Shown: positions 46,351 to 55,305 of the stretch, piece by piece | How the letters are laid out: every line of letters starts with the position of its first letter | How positions within the stretch are numbered: position 1 is the stretch's first letter | From: Candidatus Woesearchaeota archaeon | GTDB taxonomy: Archaea; Nanobdellota; Nanobdellia; Pacearchaeales; UBA284 | Assembly (NCBI GenBank): GCA_964481435.1 | Contig: CAYZTH010000001.1 | Coordinates: 7,992-71,991, forward strand | DNA length: 64,000 nucleotides | Reading direction: 5' to 3' | Notes under the pieces: model-generated | Told to the model about the DNA's origin: nothing | The model's database searches: none | What the model saw: only the letters and a program-made list of their open reading frames with translations | Program-made: the position numbers and the translations under genes

Positions 46351-46815
46351 TTAAAACTTTAGTATCTTCCTTGCAAGAAGGCTGAAGACAAAACTGAAAA
46401 CTATATAACAGAAGAACCAGCCTCCGCCATCATGAACTATTGGAAGATTTGCTCCCCAGTAAAAAATATTACCAATTTCTGCAGCAGCATACCAACTTCT
46501 CAGAAGACCAAAGATGATTATTACGGGTATGAATGTTATTATCATCGGCTTTAGAGACATCTTAAATGATTGCATGCTTAGCTTCATTATCTCGCTCTGA
46601 AGTTCATTCATCCTTGCAGGGTCTTTGACTGTTTTGATTTCTTTATTCAGTTCTTTCTGCCTTTCTGTTACCTCTTTGTATTTCTTATCTATAGTGAGCT
46701 TGTAGACCCAAGTCAATAAAAAAGAAAGAATCGCAGATACAATAATGATACTTACGAGCCCTTTGGGAAGTCCAATAGGTGCCCATTGAATAAAAGCAGT
46801 GATAAAACTAACCAT
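46351..46815 (-). CDS. DUF106-family membrane protein (archaeal Oxa1/YidC-like insertase)
   Basis: TM1, coiled-coil KELNKEIK...SEIMKLSMQSFKMSLKPMIITFIP, two C-terminal TMs. Confidence 0.5.
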   Translation of the reverse strand: MVSFITAFIQWAPIGLPKGLVSIIIVSAILSFLLTWVYKLTIDKKYKEVTERQKELNKEIKTVKDPARMNELQSEIMKLSMQSFKMSLKPMIITFIPVIIIFGLLRSWYAAAEIGNIFYWGANLPIVHDGGGWFFCYIVFSFVFSLLARKILKF

Positions 46816-46880
46816 CTAAAAGAAAGTCATTTACGGCTTTTAAACCTTATGAAAAGAAAAAAAGAAAAAAATAAAATTAA

Positions 46881-47456
46881 TTAATCCCTTGCGCAACAAT
46901 GATAATGAAATTGACCTGCACAGCATTTTCCATTCTGTGAAAACCAAAACTCATCAAATTTCGCTCCCGGAGTCGTATCTGGAAGCGTCGCATTTGTTAC
47001 AGTTATCAAACATTTACCATCAGAACATCCGTCAGGACAATAAATCAGTGTTCTATTTGCCACATTATTCCAGCAGTAAAATTCTGCAGTTACATTAGAC
47101 ATTGTTACATTTTTACCCTTTTCCCAACAGAAGTCAGTGTAGGTTTTTCCGTTATATCTCACAGTTCCTTTTGTGTAAGGTTTTATTCCACCATCCGTGT
47201 CTGTACAATTTGTTCCGTTACTGGCCGATAACAAAGAACTGGTTGTTGGTGTAAAAAGTGAAGCTCCAGCATACTCGCTATCAGTTGGGGCTGTTGAGAC
47301 TGGAAAAAGTAAGTCTGAGAAGCTTAAACCAATTGCGGCTGCTAATAGAACTGCAACCACCACAAGAACAGCAAAAATTGCCTTGTTATGGCTAGAATTG
47401 TTGTTGTTTTGTATCGCTTTCAAATTATTTTTCATATTAAACCTCCTTTCAATCAA
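46881..47456 (-). CDS. secreted Cys-rich protein, candidate archaeal type IV pilin-like (class III signal peptide?), sequon-rich
   Basis: N-terminus MIERRFNMKNNLKAIQNNNNSSHNK|AIFAVLVVVAVLLAAAIGL has a basic leader then K-A followed by a hydrophobic helix; C-terminal domain has 12 Cys and many N-x-T/S; first 68 aa shared with 47538-48149. Confidence 0.45.
   Translation of the reverse strand: MIERRFNMKNNLKAIQNNNNSSHNKAIFAVLVVVAVLLAAAIGLSFSDLLFPVSTAPTDSEYAGASLFTPTTSSLLSASNGTNCTDTDGGIKPYTKGTVRYNGKTYTDFCWEKGKNVTMSNVTAEFYCWNNVANRTLIYCPDGCSDGKCLITVTNATLPDTTPGAKFDEFWFSQNGKCCAGQFHYHCCARD
47263..47455. repeat. 193-bp direct repeat, copy 1 (5' coding region plus promoter of pilin-like gene A)
   Basis: Matches 47956-48148 with 2 mismatches across 193 bp (read directly). 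Confidence 0.85.
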
Positions 47457-47537
47457 TCTATTTTATTAATTAAAAAGAAGCTAGAATATACTTATATATC
47501 TTTTGAAAAGAAAAAAATAAAAAAAGAAAAAATAAAA

Positions 47538-48149
47538 TTAAACTCCTTGTGGGAAATAGCACGCGTCCCAGCAATAATCTTTGTTATTGTATTTTATCAT
47601 ACATACTTCATAGCAAAGGGATGATGCGACATCCATTTCCGCTCTAGCTTCGCCATAAATTTCATTTGATACATTAAAGCATGCCCCATTACTGCAGCTT
47701 AAATTATATGCCAAGCAGTTATATTCCGTGTAGCGACATTCATCTTTTAAACAGTAGAACTCCCTGAGCCATGATCTGCTCTTACAGAAGTCTGTGCAAA
47801 TCCAAGTTGAATTATAATAAACGCAACCCGTTTTATTTAAATTCATTTTAGGGGCCCGGGTTATACCCTTTAGATAGATGTTTGCACCACCATCAGAATC
47901 TGTGCAATTCGTCTGATTTCCTAAAGTTAGGCTTGTTCCCATTCCGCCTAAACTTGCTCCAGCATACTCGCTATCAGTTGGGGCTGTTGAGACTGGAAAA
48001 AGTAAGTCTGAGAAGCTTAAACCAATTGCGGCTGCTAATAGAACGGCAACCACCACAAGAACAGCAAAAATTGCCTTGTTATGGCTAGAATTGTTGTTGC
48101 TTTGTATCGCTTTCAAATTATTTTTCATATTAAACCTCCTTTCAATCAC
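47538..48149 (-). CDS. secreted Cys-rich protein, paralog with identical N-terminal 68 aa and divergent C-terminal domain
   Basis: Same leader/TM as 46881-47456 (1 aa difference), then unrelated Cys-rich, sequon-rich C-terminus. Confidence 0.45.
   Translation of the reverse strand: MIERRFNMKNNLKAIQSNNNSSHNKAIFAVLVVVAVLLAAAIGLSFSDLLFPVSTAPTDSEYAGASLGGMGTSLTLGNQTNCTDSDGGANIYLKGITRAPKMNLNKTGCVYYNSTWICTDFCKSRSWLREFYCLKDECRYTEYNCLAYNLSCSNGACFNVSNEIYGEARAEMDVASSLCYEVCMIKYNNKDYCWDACYFPQGV
47956..48148. repeat. 193-bp direct repeat, copy 2 (5' coding region plus promoter of pilin-like gene B)
   Basis: Near-identical to 47263-47455. Confidence 0.85.
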
Positions 48150-48208
48150 TTAAAATTATGATAATAGCTAAGTTAGAAGCGGTTTATATATCTTTTTACA
48201 GAATATCT

Positions 48209-49594
48209 TTACTGTGCTGCAACAAACTTTCTAGCCAATGGACTTGAATCCATTGCATGCTGCTGAGCAATATCCTCATACATCTTGTATAAGATCATGA
48301 CTGCAAGCAGGATTCCTGTTCCCCGAACTAATGCCCCAGTTATATCTGCCAGAGCAGCGATTAAACCAACTGCTGCTCCTCCCATGATTGTTAGTGGCAT
48401 GATGTATCTAGATAAGATTGATTCTATTACTCGTGGGTCTCTTCTGAATCCAGCTACTTGTAATCCGCTTGAAGAAATCTGACTAGCCTGATTTGAAGCA
48501 TCCATCCCCGATGTTTTGACCCAGAATACTGCAAATACAATTGAACCAGCTACCATGAACAGGATATAAAATAGTGATTGAGCAAGCATAACTGGTTGTA
48601 AAGATCCCTTGATTATCGGTTCAATTATCCCATTGTTTGGAGGGGATAGCCAAAATGCGAGTCCTGATTGTGCAACGCCGTTGCTGAAATGCCCTAGGAA
48701 AGTGGCTTTCTTTGCAACATTTTCTGCCAGTGTCGCAACAAGTTGCAGATTAGCGTGCAGAGCAGCAGTCAAAATAACGGGGATGTTACTTGTATAGAAA
48801 AATGATAGCGGCCACCGGATATTCATTCCACGGATTCTTCCGAAAGATAGGGGGACCTCGACTTTGATTGATTGCGTATAAACCACAACAAAGAAAACAA
48901 CAACTGTTGCAGCAATAGCTGCAAATGCAACACTAGCAGTTATAATTGATCCTGGACTGCTTGGATTAATTAATGAGTTGATTAAGACCAATACCTTTCC
49001 TGTTGGTTGGATAACTCTTCCAGCCCCTAGGAAGCCGAATGCTTTTGTGAAAAGCTGCCAGGCAACACCACCGACAATGAATAAACTGACTCCCGAACCA
49101 AATCCATATTTAGAGACTACTTCATCCATAAGCAGGACCATTACTCCTCCGATGATTAATTGAAGTATAACCAGCCACTCAAATCCAGGCATTGCTCTGA
49201 TTCCGCCCATAAGGACGTAGATTAGCGCTTCGAAAACAACGAAGAATAAGGATAGTACTTTTTGCAGACCCTCAAAGAGTTTTTTCCCGTTTGGATCCTG
49301 TAAATCAATATTCAATATTTTTGAACCAACTAAAAGTTGCAATACGATAGATGCAGTAACAATCGGCCCGATACCTAGGCTCATCAGGCTGCCGAAGCTT
49401 GCTCCAAAGATGATTGATAAGAATTCGAATTGGCTTAGGGCACTTGCTTCAAGTTTATACAATGGGATATTAGAGAGAATGAAAAAGAAACCAAGTATAA
49501 TTAAAGTCCACTTCAACCTCTTACTGAACTCTAATTTTTTTTCAGCAGGGCCCTCGACTGCAGGCAAGTTCAACAATAAATCCTTTAAGGCCAT
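48209..49594 (-). CDS. secY: preprotein translocase subunit SecY
   Basis: 461 aa, 10 TM; collinear with SecY/Sec61alpha; located after L15 as in the ribosomal protein cluster. Confidence 0.9.
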   Translation of the reverse strand: MALKDLLLNLPAVEGPAEKKLEFSKRLKWTLIILGFFFILSNIPLYKLEASALSQFEFLSIIFGASFGSLMSLGIGPIVTASIVLQLLVGSKILNIDLQDPNGKKLFEGLQKVLSLFFVVFEALIYVLMGGIRAMPGFEWLVILQLIIGGVMVLLMDEVVSKYGFGSGVSLFIVGGVAWQLFTKAFGFLGAGRVIQPTGKVLVLINSLINPSSPGSIITASVAFAAIAATVVVFFVVVYTQSIKVEVPLSFGRIRGMNIRWPLSFFYTSNIPVILTAALHANLQLVATLAENVAKKATFLGHFSNGVAQSGLAFWLSPPNNGIIEPIIKGSLQPVMLAQSLFYILFMVAGSIVFAVFWVKTSGMDASNQASQISSSGLQVAGFRRDPRVIESILSRYIMPLTIMGGAAVGLIAALADITGALVRGTGILLAVMILYKMYEDIAQQHAMDSSPLARKFVAAQ

Positions 49595-49612
49595 TTTTTC
49601 TTTTTTCCTTTA

Positions 49613-50038
49613 TTATATTTTAATAGATCCGCCGGCTTTTGTAATCTTTTCTTCAGCTGCTTTCGAAAAACCAGAAGCCGCAATAAAAAGTTTTTTATTA
49701 ACTTTTCCAGAACTCAAAATCTTGAAACCTTTCATATCAACATCAAAACCGTCGCCTGTTTTTTTGGCTTTTCCTTTTTTAATCAGTACTTCAATTTTAT
49801 CATTGATAAATCCTACATTGACGCCCCTGATTTTTTTATGCCTGCTTGTAAAACCATGTTTTCCAAAATAATCTGGCGCATATTTCAGGACCCAGAGTCT
49901 CTTTTGTCCGGCCCTTTTTCCTGTTCCGGCCATACCCTTTCCTCCGCGATGTCCCTTTCCTCGGTAATTTTGTCTTGAGCCTGTTCCAGCTGTTCTGCTT
50001 CCTCTTAACCTGGATCTTTTAGTTCTTTTTCGGTTCAT
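49613..50038 (-). CDS. rpl15: 50S ribosomal protein L15 (uL15)
   Basis: MNRKRTKRSRLRGSRTAGTGSRQNYRGKGHRGGKG is diagnostic of uL15; the ORF track's N-terminal extension (to 50098) overlaps the L40e gene and is rejected. Confidence 0.8.
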   Translation of the reverse strand: MNRKRTKRSRLRGSRTAGTGSRQNYRGKGHRGGKGMAGTGKRAGQKRLWVLKYAPDYFGKHGFTSRHKKIRGVNVGFINDKIEVLIKKGKAKKTGDGFDVDMKGFKILSSGKVNKKLFIAASGFSKAAEEKITKAGGSIKI

Positions 50039-50040
50039 TT

Positions 50041-50214
50041 TTACTTGACTACCTTCCTGCTTTTTGGCTTGAAAATTTTTGCAAGGCACTTTCTGCATCT
50101 GACTTTTCCTTCAGCAATCTTTCTTGCTTCAACTCTTAGTTTTGCTCCACAGTTCTTACATACAAAGACATTCTTAAAGAGCCTTGCCTGCGCCGCTTCT
50201 ATTTTTCCAGCCAT
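50041..50214 (-). CDS. rpl40e: 50S ribosomal protein L40e (eL40), zinc ribbon; below the ORF-track size cutoff
   Basis: Hand translation MAGKIEAAQARLFKNVFVCKNCGAKLRVEARKIAEGKVRCRKCLAKIFKPKSRKVVK matches L40e (EA..RLF.K..VC..CGA...CRKC...PK). Confidence 0.55.
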   Translation of the reverse strand: MAGKIEAAQARLFKNVFVCKNCGAKLRVEARKIAEGKVRCRKCLAKIFKPKSRKVVK

Positions 50215-50342
50215 TTTTGTTTATATTTTATTATTTAATTATTTCAAGACTGCCGCGGTACTCGGGGTGACTTGTTAGGGGTCGCAACCCATACGAACAC
50301 AATGTGTCTTGGTAATCTTATTTAGTATTATAAATGTTCTTA

Positions 50343-50735
50343 TTATATCAATCTCTTTATTATCCTCTTGCCCTCAACATCCCAGTATTCAACATTCTGG
50401 TTCTCTACTATGTCAGATAATAAGTCACTAGCAACCTTTATTTCCGAACTTTCAAATGTTTCAAGGTCCATTATATTTGCCATGCCGGTCTCTTTGTTGA
50501 CCCCAAGCACTTGTGCTCTCTTTTTTTCAATCATAGGGACTTCAAATCTTTCTGAACCCGGAACTGCTATAATCTTTTTCTTATCATCAATGATGCCGAT
50601 AGCCTCAATTCTGCACTTGCTGGCGCCGTGTTTTCCACTTTTACTTATATCAATGTTTTTTACAGTGCAGGCAACACCATCAATTATGATACTATTTCCA
50701 CACTTGACATTGTTTGCATCAACAAGATTTGCCAT
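50343..50735 (-). CDS. eif5a: translation initiation factor 5A (aIF-5A)
   Basis: Hypusination loop SKSGKHGASK and OB-fold C-terminal domain; 130 aa. Confidence 0.85.
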   Translation of the reverse strand: MANLVDANNVKCGNSIIIDGVACTVKNIDISKSGKHGASKCRIEAIGIIDDKKKIIAVPGSERFEVPMIEKKRAQVLGVNKETGMANIMDLETFESSEIKVASDLLSDIVENQNVEYWDVEGKRIIKRLI

Positions 50736-50785
50736 GAACTACAAGAAAAAATTAATTTTTAAACCTTCGCTTTTCAATAAGAAGT

Positions 50786-51247
50786 TCACGAAGCCTTCGC
50801 TTCGACCTTTTTTGTTCTATTCTTTCTTTGTTCGTCCATATAAACTAAAGTATTATATCTCATCTTAATATGCCGTCCAATCTTTTCGGCAGTGGGCGTA
50901 TCTCTGATTTGGTTATAAGGAATCCAATGCATCGCAGCGTATGTAACAACCACTCCTTGACTTAATTTGCTAGCGTCTGCGGTAATTAGTTCAATGACTG
51001 GTTTTGTTTTTGCAAGAAGTTTATCTAGATAAGTTTTCCATACGTCTTCCCTAATAGCTTCATATGTCTTAAAAGCCGCTTCACTTTTTTGCCTGCTGTC
51101 TTGAACAGACATGTTTCCAGCCATTACAATGTTTAAGAGTCTAGAACACTCGCCAAAATAGGTTTTTGCAGCCTCATCGTTCCTTTTATTAGTTGCCCAT
51201 TCGTGATAAAGACCATCGATTTCTTGTAATTCGGCTACTAGATTCAT
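50786..51247 (-). CDS. hypothetical protein
   Basis: 153 aa, helical, no recognised motif. Confidence 0.25.
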   Translation of the reverse strand: MNLVAELQEIDGLYHEWATNKRNDEAAKTYFGECSRLLNIVMAGNMSVQDSRQKSEAAFKTYEAIREDVWKTYLDKLLAKTKPVIELITADASKLSQGVVVTYAAMHWIPYNQIRDTPTAEKIGRHIKMRYNTLVYMDEQRKNRTKKVEAKAS

Positions 51248-51252
51248 TTTAA

Positions 51253-51684
51253 TCAGAAATTCCTTTTGATATTCTCTTTAATGGCATTCATATCATCTTT
51301 TCTGCCCTTTTTGCCAGTCCTTTTCAATTTTGGAAAGACCATGCTGACTGGTTTTGTTGTTTTTGAGGTCTTTGGTCGTGGAACAGTTATTGGCCTGCCT
51401 CTTGCTATCTCTTTCATGATCTGTTCGACCTCCTCTCTTGCTTGTTTTATCTCCTCTCTTGTCTTAGAGCTCTTTTTAGGAGCAATTTCTTTTAAAACAC
51501 CTTCAAGAAGCTGGATTTTAAGTTCTTGTTCATAGATTTTCCTTGCCATGATTCCCATAGCAGTCCATATCTGGGCATTTGCAGGCTTATTAGAATTTTT
51601 ATATGCTGGAAAGAAAGTAGTTTTTTTGATAAGGTCCTCAACATACTGCCCTATGTCTTTATCGAGTTCTTTTCTCCATTCCAT
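51253..51684 (-). CDS. hypothetical protein (Lys/Glu-rich)
   Basis: 143 aa, highly charged; no motif. Confidence 0.25.
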   Translation of the reverse strand: MEWRKELDKDIGQYVEDLIKKTTFFPAYKNSNKPANAQIWTAMGIMARKIYEQELKIQLLEGVLKEIAPKKSSKTREEIKQAREEVEQIMKEIARGRPITVPRPKTSKTTKPVSMVFPKLKRTGKKGRKDDMNAIKENIKRNF

Positions 51685-51783
51685 TAAATTTTAATCTTTT
51701 TATAATATTTAAGCTTTATTGTGATGTATTAACTAAAAAATGAATAAAAGAAAAGTTTAAAAATAAAAAGGGTATATCAAAAA

Positions 51784-52122
51784 ATGAGTTTTGTCAATAA
51801 TGGTCATGATATTCTTCGCAGGAGAAACAAAGAAAAACTGTTAAAGGTATTGGCTACTGCGGGTTTTAAAATAAAAAAGGGCGGAGAAAATATTCAAATT
51901 CGTGTCCCGGATTTAGCGGGGGTAGTTGCTGAAATAAGCCCATTTTATGCTTTGAATAGGGGGCCGGGCAAGCAAGAGGGATTTGGCACCCACTCAACAG
52001 GGGACTTTTTAATAAATTATCCTGCTCAAGTCCGAAGTCCGGAGTATGCACAAGCCCAGAAAATAATACATCTGCTATACGTAGATAGTGTTTGGACAGA
52101 TACTGGCAGATTAAAAGATTAA
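51784..52122 (+). CDS. hypothetical protein
   Basis: 112 aa; no motif recognised. Confidence 0.25.
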   Translation: MSFVNNGHDILRRRNKEKLLKVLATAGFKIKKGGENIQIRVPDLAGVVAEISPFYALNRGPGKQEGFGTHSTGDFLINYPAQVRSPEYAQAQKIIHLLYVDSVWTDTGRLKD

Positions 52123-52158
52123 GCAATAACTTTAAAACCCTTCTTTTCTAAGAAAATC

Positions 52159-52845
52159 ATGGCAACGAAAAAAAACGATTTTATTGAACTTGATTTCATC
52201 GGTCGAGTAGATACAAAAGACGGTCCTATTTTTGATACTACTAATTTTGAAAAAGCAAAAGAAGCTGAATTGGCTGATGAGAAGACCAAGAGCAAATTTA
52301 AGCCAGTCAAGCTCTGCATAGGTCAGGAGATGGTTCTGAAATCCCTTGATAAAGATTTAGAAGGGAAAGAAGTCGGAAAAACCTTTTATCTCGAAATAAA
52401 AGTCAAGGAAGCCTATGGAAACAGAGATGTAAAATTGATAAGAACCGTTCCCCTTACTTCATTTGAAGAGATGCCCCAGAGAGGAATGTTTGTGAATGTC
52501 AATGGCATGGTCGCCAAAGTCGTCTCTGTAAATGGCGGCAGAGTAATAATAGACATGAATCATCCTCTAGCTGGAAAAGATTTATTTTACGAATATAAAA
52601 TTATAAAAATAATAGAAGACACAAAAGAAAAGGCAAATATTATTCTAGAGATGTTTGGAATAAATGAAAAAAATGTTGACCTAAAAGAGAACAAGTTAAT
52701 CATAAAACAAAAAGTTCAAGACGTGATTCAGCAAGTTGCAAAGAAAAAGATAAAAGAACTCCTAAATCTTGAAATAGAATTCTCAGAGTCTAAGAAGAGT
52801 CTTGAAGAAGAACTTGGAGACAAAGTTAAGAAAGAAGAGAAATAG
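52159..52845 (+). CDS. FKBP-type peptidyl-prolyl cis-trans isomerase (long archaeal type with IF/chaperone insert and C-terminal domain)
   Basis: FKBP core IELDFIGRVDT...NHPLAGKDLFYEYKIIKI with inserted flap domain. Confidence 0.8.
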   Translation: MATKKNDFIELDFIGRVDTKDGPIFDTTNFEKAKEAELADEKTKSKFKPVKLCIGQEMVLKSLDKDLEGKEVGKTFYLEIKVKEAYGNRDVKLIRTVPLTSFEEMPQRGMFVNVNGMVAKVVSVNGGRVIIDMNHPLAGKDLFYEYKIIKIIEDTKEKANIILEMFGINEKNVDLKENKLIIKQKVQDVIQQVAKKKIKELLNLEIEFSESKKSLEEELGDKVKKEEK

Positions 52846-52965
52846 GCCCTAACCTTTTTTAATTATAATTAAAGTTTATTAAGGGAGATATATGTTCTCT
52901 ATCCTAATAAACTTTAAATATCTATAACTCAACACTATAATATAAAAGGGAGAAATATAAAAAAG

Positions 52966-54051
52966 ATGGCTGAACTTTTTAAAGCAAGAGAAGAGACTCA
53001 CGAGATAGATAAAGAACTTGAAGAAATTATCAATAGGCAGAAAGCTTCTATCAGGGTCTTTGGTGTAGGCGGAGGCGGAAATAATACTCTGACAAGAATG
53101 AAAGAAATAGGAATTAAAGGAGCTGAGTGCATAGCTCTGAATACTGATGCCCAAGATCTACTTTATACTTATGCTGATACTAAAATTCTAATAGGAAAAG
53201 AGCTAACCCATGGCCTAGGGGCCGGGTCAAATCCCCAAGTTGGAGAAGATGCTGCAAAAGAATCTGAGCATGAAATAAAGCAAAGATTGCAAGGTGCCGA
53301 CATGTGCTTCATAACCTGTGGCCTAGGAGGAGGAACAGGAACCGGGGCAGCTCCTGTTGTCGCAAACATTGCAAAGAAAATGGGGGCTCTGACAATAGCC
53401 GTAGTTACAATTCCATTTACAATTGAAGGCCAGAAAAGATATGAGAATGCAATGCAAGGCCTAGAAAGAATGGAGGAATCAGTAGATACTTTAATTGTTA
53501 TTCCAAATGATAAACTTTTAGAACTTGCTCCCGACTTGCCGTTGCATACTGCTTTCAAGATAGCAGATGAAATTTTGACAAATGCCGTTAAGGGAATTAC
53601 CGAACTTGTTACAAAAGCAGGCCTAGTCAATCTAGATTTTGCGGATATAAGGGCGGTCATGGTCAATGGAGGGGTTGCAATGATTGGTGTCGGAGAAGCT
53701 GACTCAGGTGACAGAGCAACAGAAGCAGTTGAGAAAGCTATTGAAAATCCTTTATTAGATGTGGACATAACAGACGCAACCGGCGCTCTGATAAATATTA
53801 TAGGTGGTCTTGATCTTTCACTTGAAGAAGCAAAGAAAGTTATTGAGGCAGTTTCAAGAAGAATTTCTCCAAATGCAAAAATGATTTGGGGAGCCCAACT
53901 ATCAGAGGATATGGATAAGACCCTAAGGGTCCTATTGATTGTAACTGGTGTTAGAAGTCCCCAGATCTTGGGTAATAAAGAAACAACAAAGTCCCGTGCA
54001 AGAAAAGAGATGTCTGGAGAATTTGATATCGATTTTGTTGAAGGGGAATAA
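52966..54051 (+). CDS. ftsZ: cell division GTPase FtsZ
   Basis: Tubulin signature GLGGGTGTGAAPVVA and VGGGGNNTLTRM; 361 aa. Confidence 0.95.
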   Translation: MAELFKAREETHEIDKELEEIINRQKASIRVFGVGGGGNNTLTRMKEIGIKGAECIALNTDAQDLLYTYADTKILIGKELTHGLGAGSNPQVGEDAAKESEHEIKQRLQGADMCFITCGLGGGTGTGAAPVVANIAKKMGALTIAVVTIPFTIEGQKRYENAMQGLERMEESVDTLIVIPNDKLLELAPDLPLHTAFKIADEILTNAVKGITELVTKAGLVNLDFADIRAVMVNGGVAMIGVGEADSGDRATEAVEKAIENPLLDVDITDATGALINIIGGLDLSLEEAKKVIEAVSRRISPNAKMIWGAQLSEDMDKTLRVLLIVTGVRSPQILGNKETTKSRARKEMSGEFDIDFVEGE

Positions 54052-54117
54052 GCCTGCCAAAATGTCCTAAAAAGCTCCAAACCAAAGATTTAAAAAACAT
54101 CCAGTTTTCTTGTTTTT

Positions 54118-54300
54118 ATGTCTATCTTAGTTAAAACTAAATCATTCATAGATCAGTGTGTTAGGGTAATGAAGGTAGCTAGAAAACCAACAAAAACCGA
54201 GCTTATGCAGGTTTCAAAGATTTCAGCGATAGGGTTTGCGATTATAGGTTTTCTAGGTTTTTTACTAAGTATAATATTCATATACCTCTTCGGAGTGTAA
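54118..54300 (+). CDS. secE: protein translocase subunit SecE (Sec61 gamma)
   Basis: 60 aa, single C-terminal TM; conserved position upstream of Spt5/NusG. Confidence 0.7.
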   Translation: MSILVKTKSFIDQCVRVMKVARKPTKTELMQVSKISAIGFAIIGFLGFLLSIIFIYLFGV

Positions 54301-54337
54301 AAATAGAAATAAGCAGAAAAAATCAAAAAAATAAAAA

Positions 54338-54799
54338 ATGATATTTGTCGTTAAAGTCATAACAAACAAGGAAGATCAGTCAGCTGAGCTGATTGCATCA
54401 AAAGCAGCTAAGAAAAATCTCGAAGTATATTCTGTGATAAAACCCCATGGTCTTAGGGGTTATATTCTCATAGAAGCCCTCGATTACGATGTTGCTCAGC
54501 AAGCAGCCTTGAATGTCCCCTATGTAAAGGGCGTTATTTTCAAGAGTCTAGAGTATAAAGAGGTTGAAACGATGCTTGAACCTGTAGCAACAACCATCAA
54601 TATAGAGAAAGGAGACATCGTAGAGATGTTGACAGAACCTTTCAAAAGAGAGAAAGCCAAAGTTGTCAGAGTTGATAAAACAAAAGAAGAAGTCATTGTT
54701 GAGCTTCTTGAAGCCGCTGTTCCTATCCCAATAACTGTCAAGTTAGATAACGTTAAAGTTATAAGAAGAACAAAAGAAGAGCTTGAAGAAGAAAAGTAA
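54338..54799 (+). CDS. spt5: transcription elongation factor Spt5 (NusG homolog)
   Basis: NGN domain (IFVVKVITNKE...YILIEA) plus KOW motif (GDIVEMLTEPFKREKAKVVRVD). Confidence 0.85.
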   Translation: MIFVVKVITNKEDQSAELIASKAAKKNLEVYSVIKPHGLRGYILIEALDYDVAQQAALNVPYVKGVIFKSLEYKEVETMLEPVATTINIEKGDIVEMLTEPFKREKAKVVRVDKTKEEVIVELLEAAVPIPITVKLDNVKVIRRTKEELEEEK

Positions 54800-54806
54800 T
54801 TCTAAA

Positions 54807-55286
54807 ATGAAAGAAACAACTTTCAATAAGCTAGAGAATTGGCAGAAAGATTTAATTCTGAAGGCAGAGAGTGTCATGAGAAGATCCTATAATCTTTATT
54901 CACATTTTTGTGTTGGTGCAGCAGTATTATCTAATTCTGGAAAGATTTACCTTGGAACCTTTGCAGAGAACTCCTCGCAGGGAGGGACGATATGCGCAGA
55001 GAGGGCAGCAATTCTTGCAGCAAATACCGATGGTGAGAGATACTACAAAGCGATTGCAGTCATTGGAGCAGGAGAGACATTTGATTGTAAAGAGCCAGTA
55101 ACTCCTTGCGGAGAATGCAGGCAATTTATGAATGATTTTGCCCAGATTGCTCAGCAAGATATAATGTTAATATGTTCAAATACAAAAAAAGATAAGATTT
55201 TCATAACAAGCATAAAAGAACTTCTTCCTGTTCCCTTTGGTCCAGATGATTCTGGTCAGGATGTTTCAAGATTTAGAAAAAAGTAA
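54807..55286 (+). CDS. cdd: cytidine/deoxycytidylate deaminase-family zinc enzyme
   Basis: CAERAAI (H/C-x-E) and PCGECRQFM zinc-ligand motifs; ATG at 54807 preferred over TTG 54783. Confidence 0.7.
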   Translation: MKETTFNKLENWQKDLILKAESVMRRSYNLYSHFCVGAAVLSNSGKIYLGTFAENSSQGGTICAERAAILAANTDGERYYKAIAVIGAGETFDCKEPVTPCGECRQFMNDFAQIAQQDIMLICSNTKKDKIFITSIKELLPVPFGPDDSGQDVSRFRKK

Positions 55287-55305
55287 TTCTAAGAATTTTT
55301 CTAAT

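Noticed and set aside
49613-50098. N-terminal 20-aa extension of L15 (MQKVPCKNFQAKKQEGSQVK)
   Set aside because: The extension overlaps, in another frame, a convincing L40e zinc-ribbon gene. uL15 conventionally begins near MNRKRTKRSRLRG.
53169-54080. 303-aa ORF antisense to ftsZ
   Set aside because: Lies entirely inside the strongly supported FtsZ gene on the opposite strand. The product is low-complexity (Ser/Ala/Pro-rich) with no motif. This is a typical shadow ORF of a GC-richer conserved gene.
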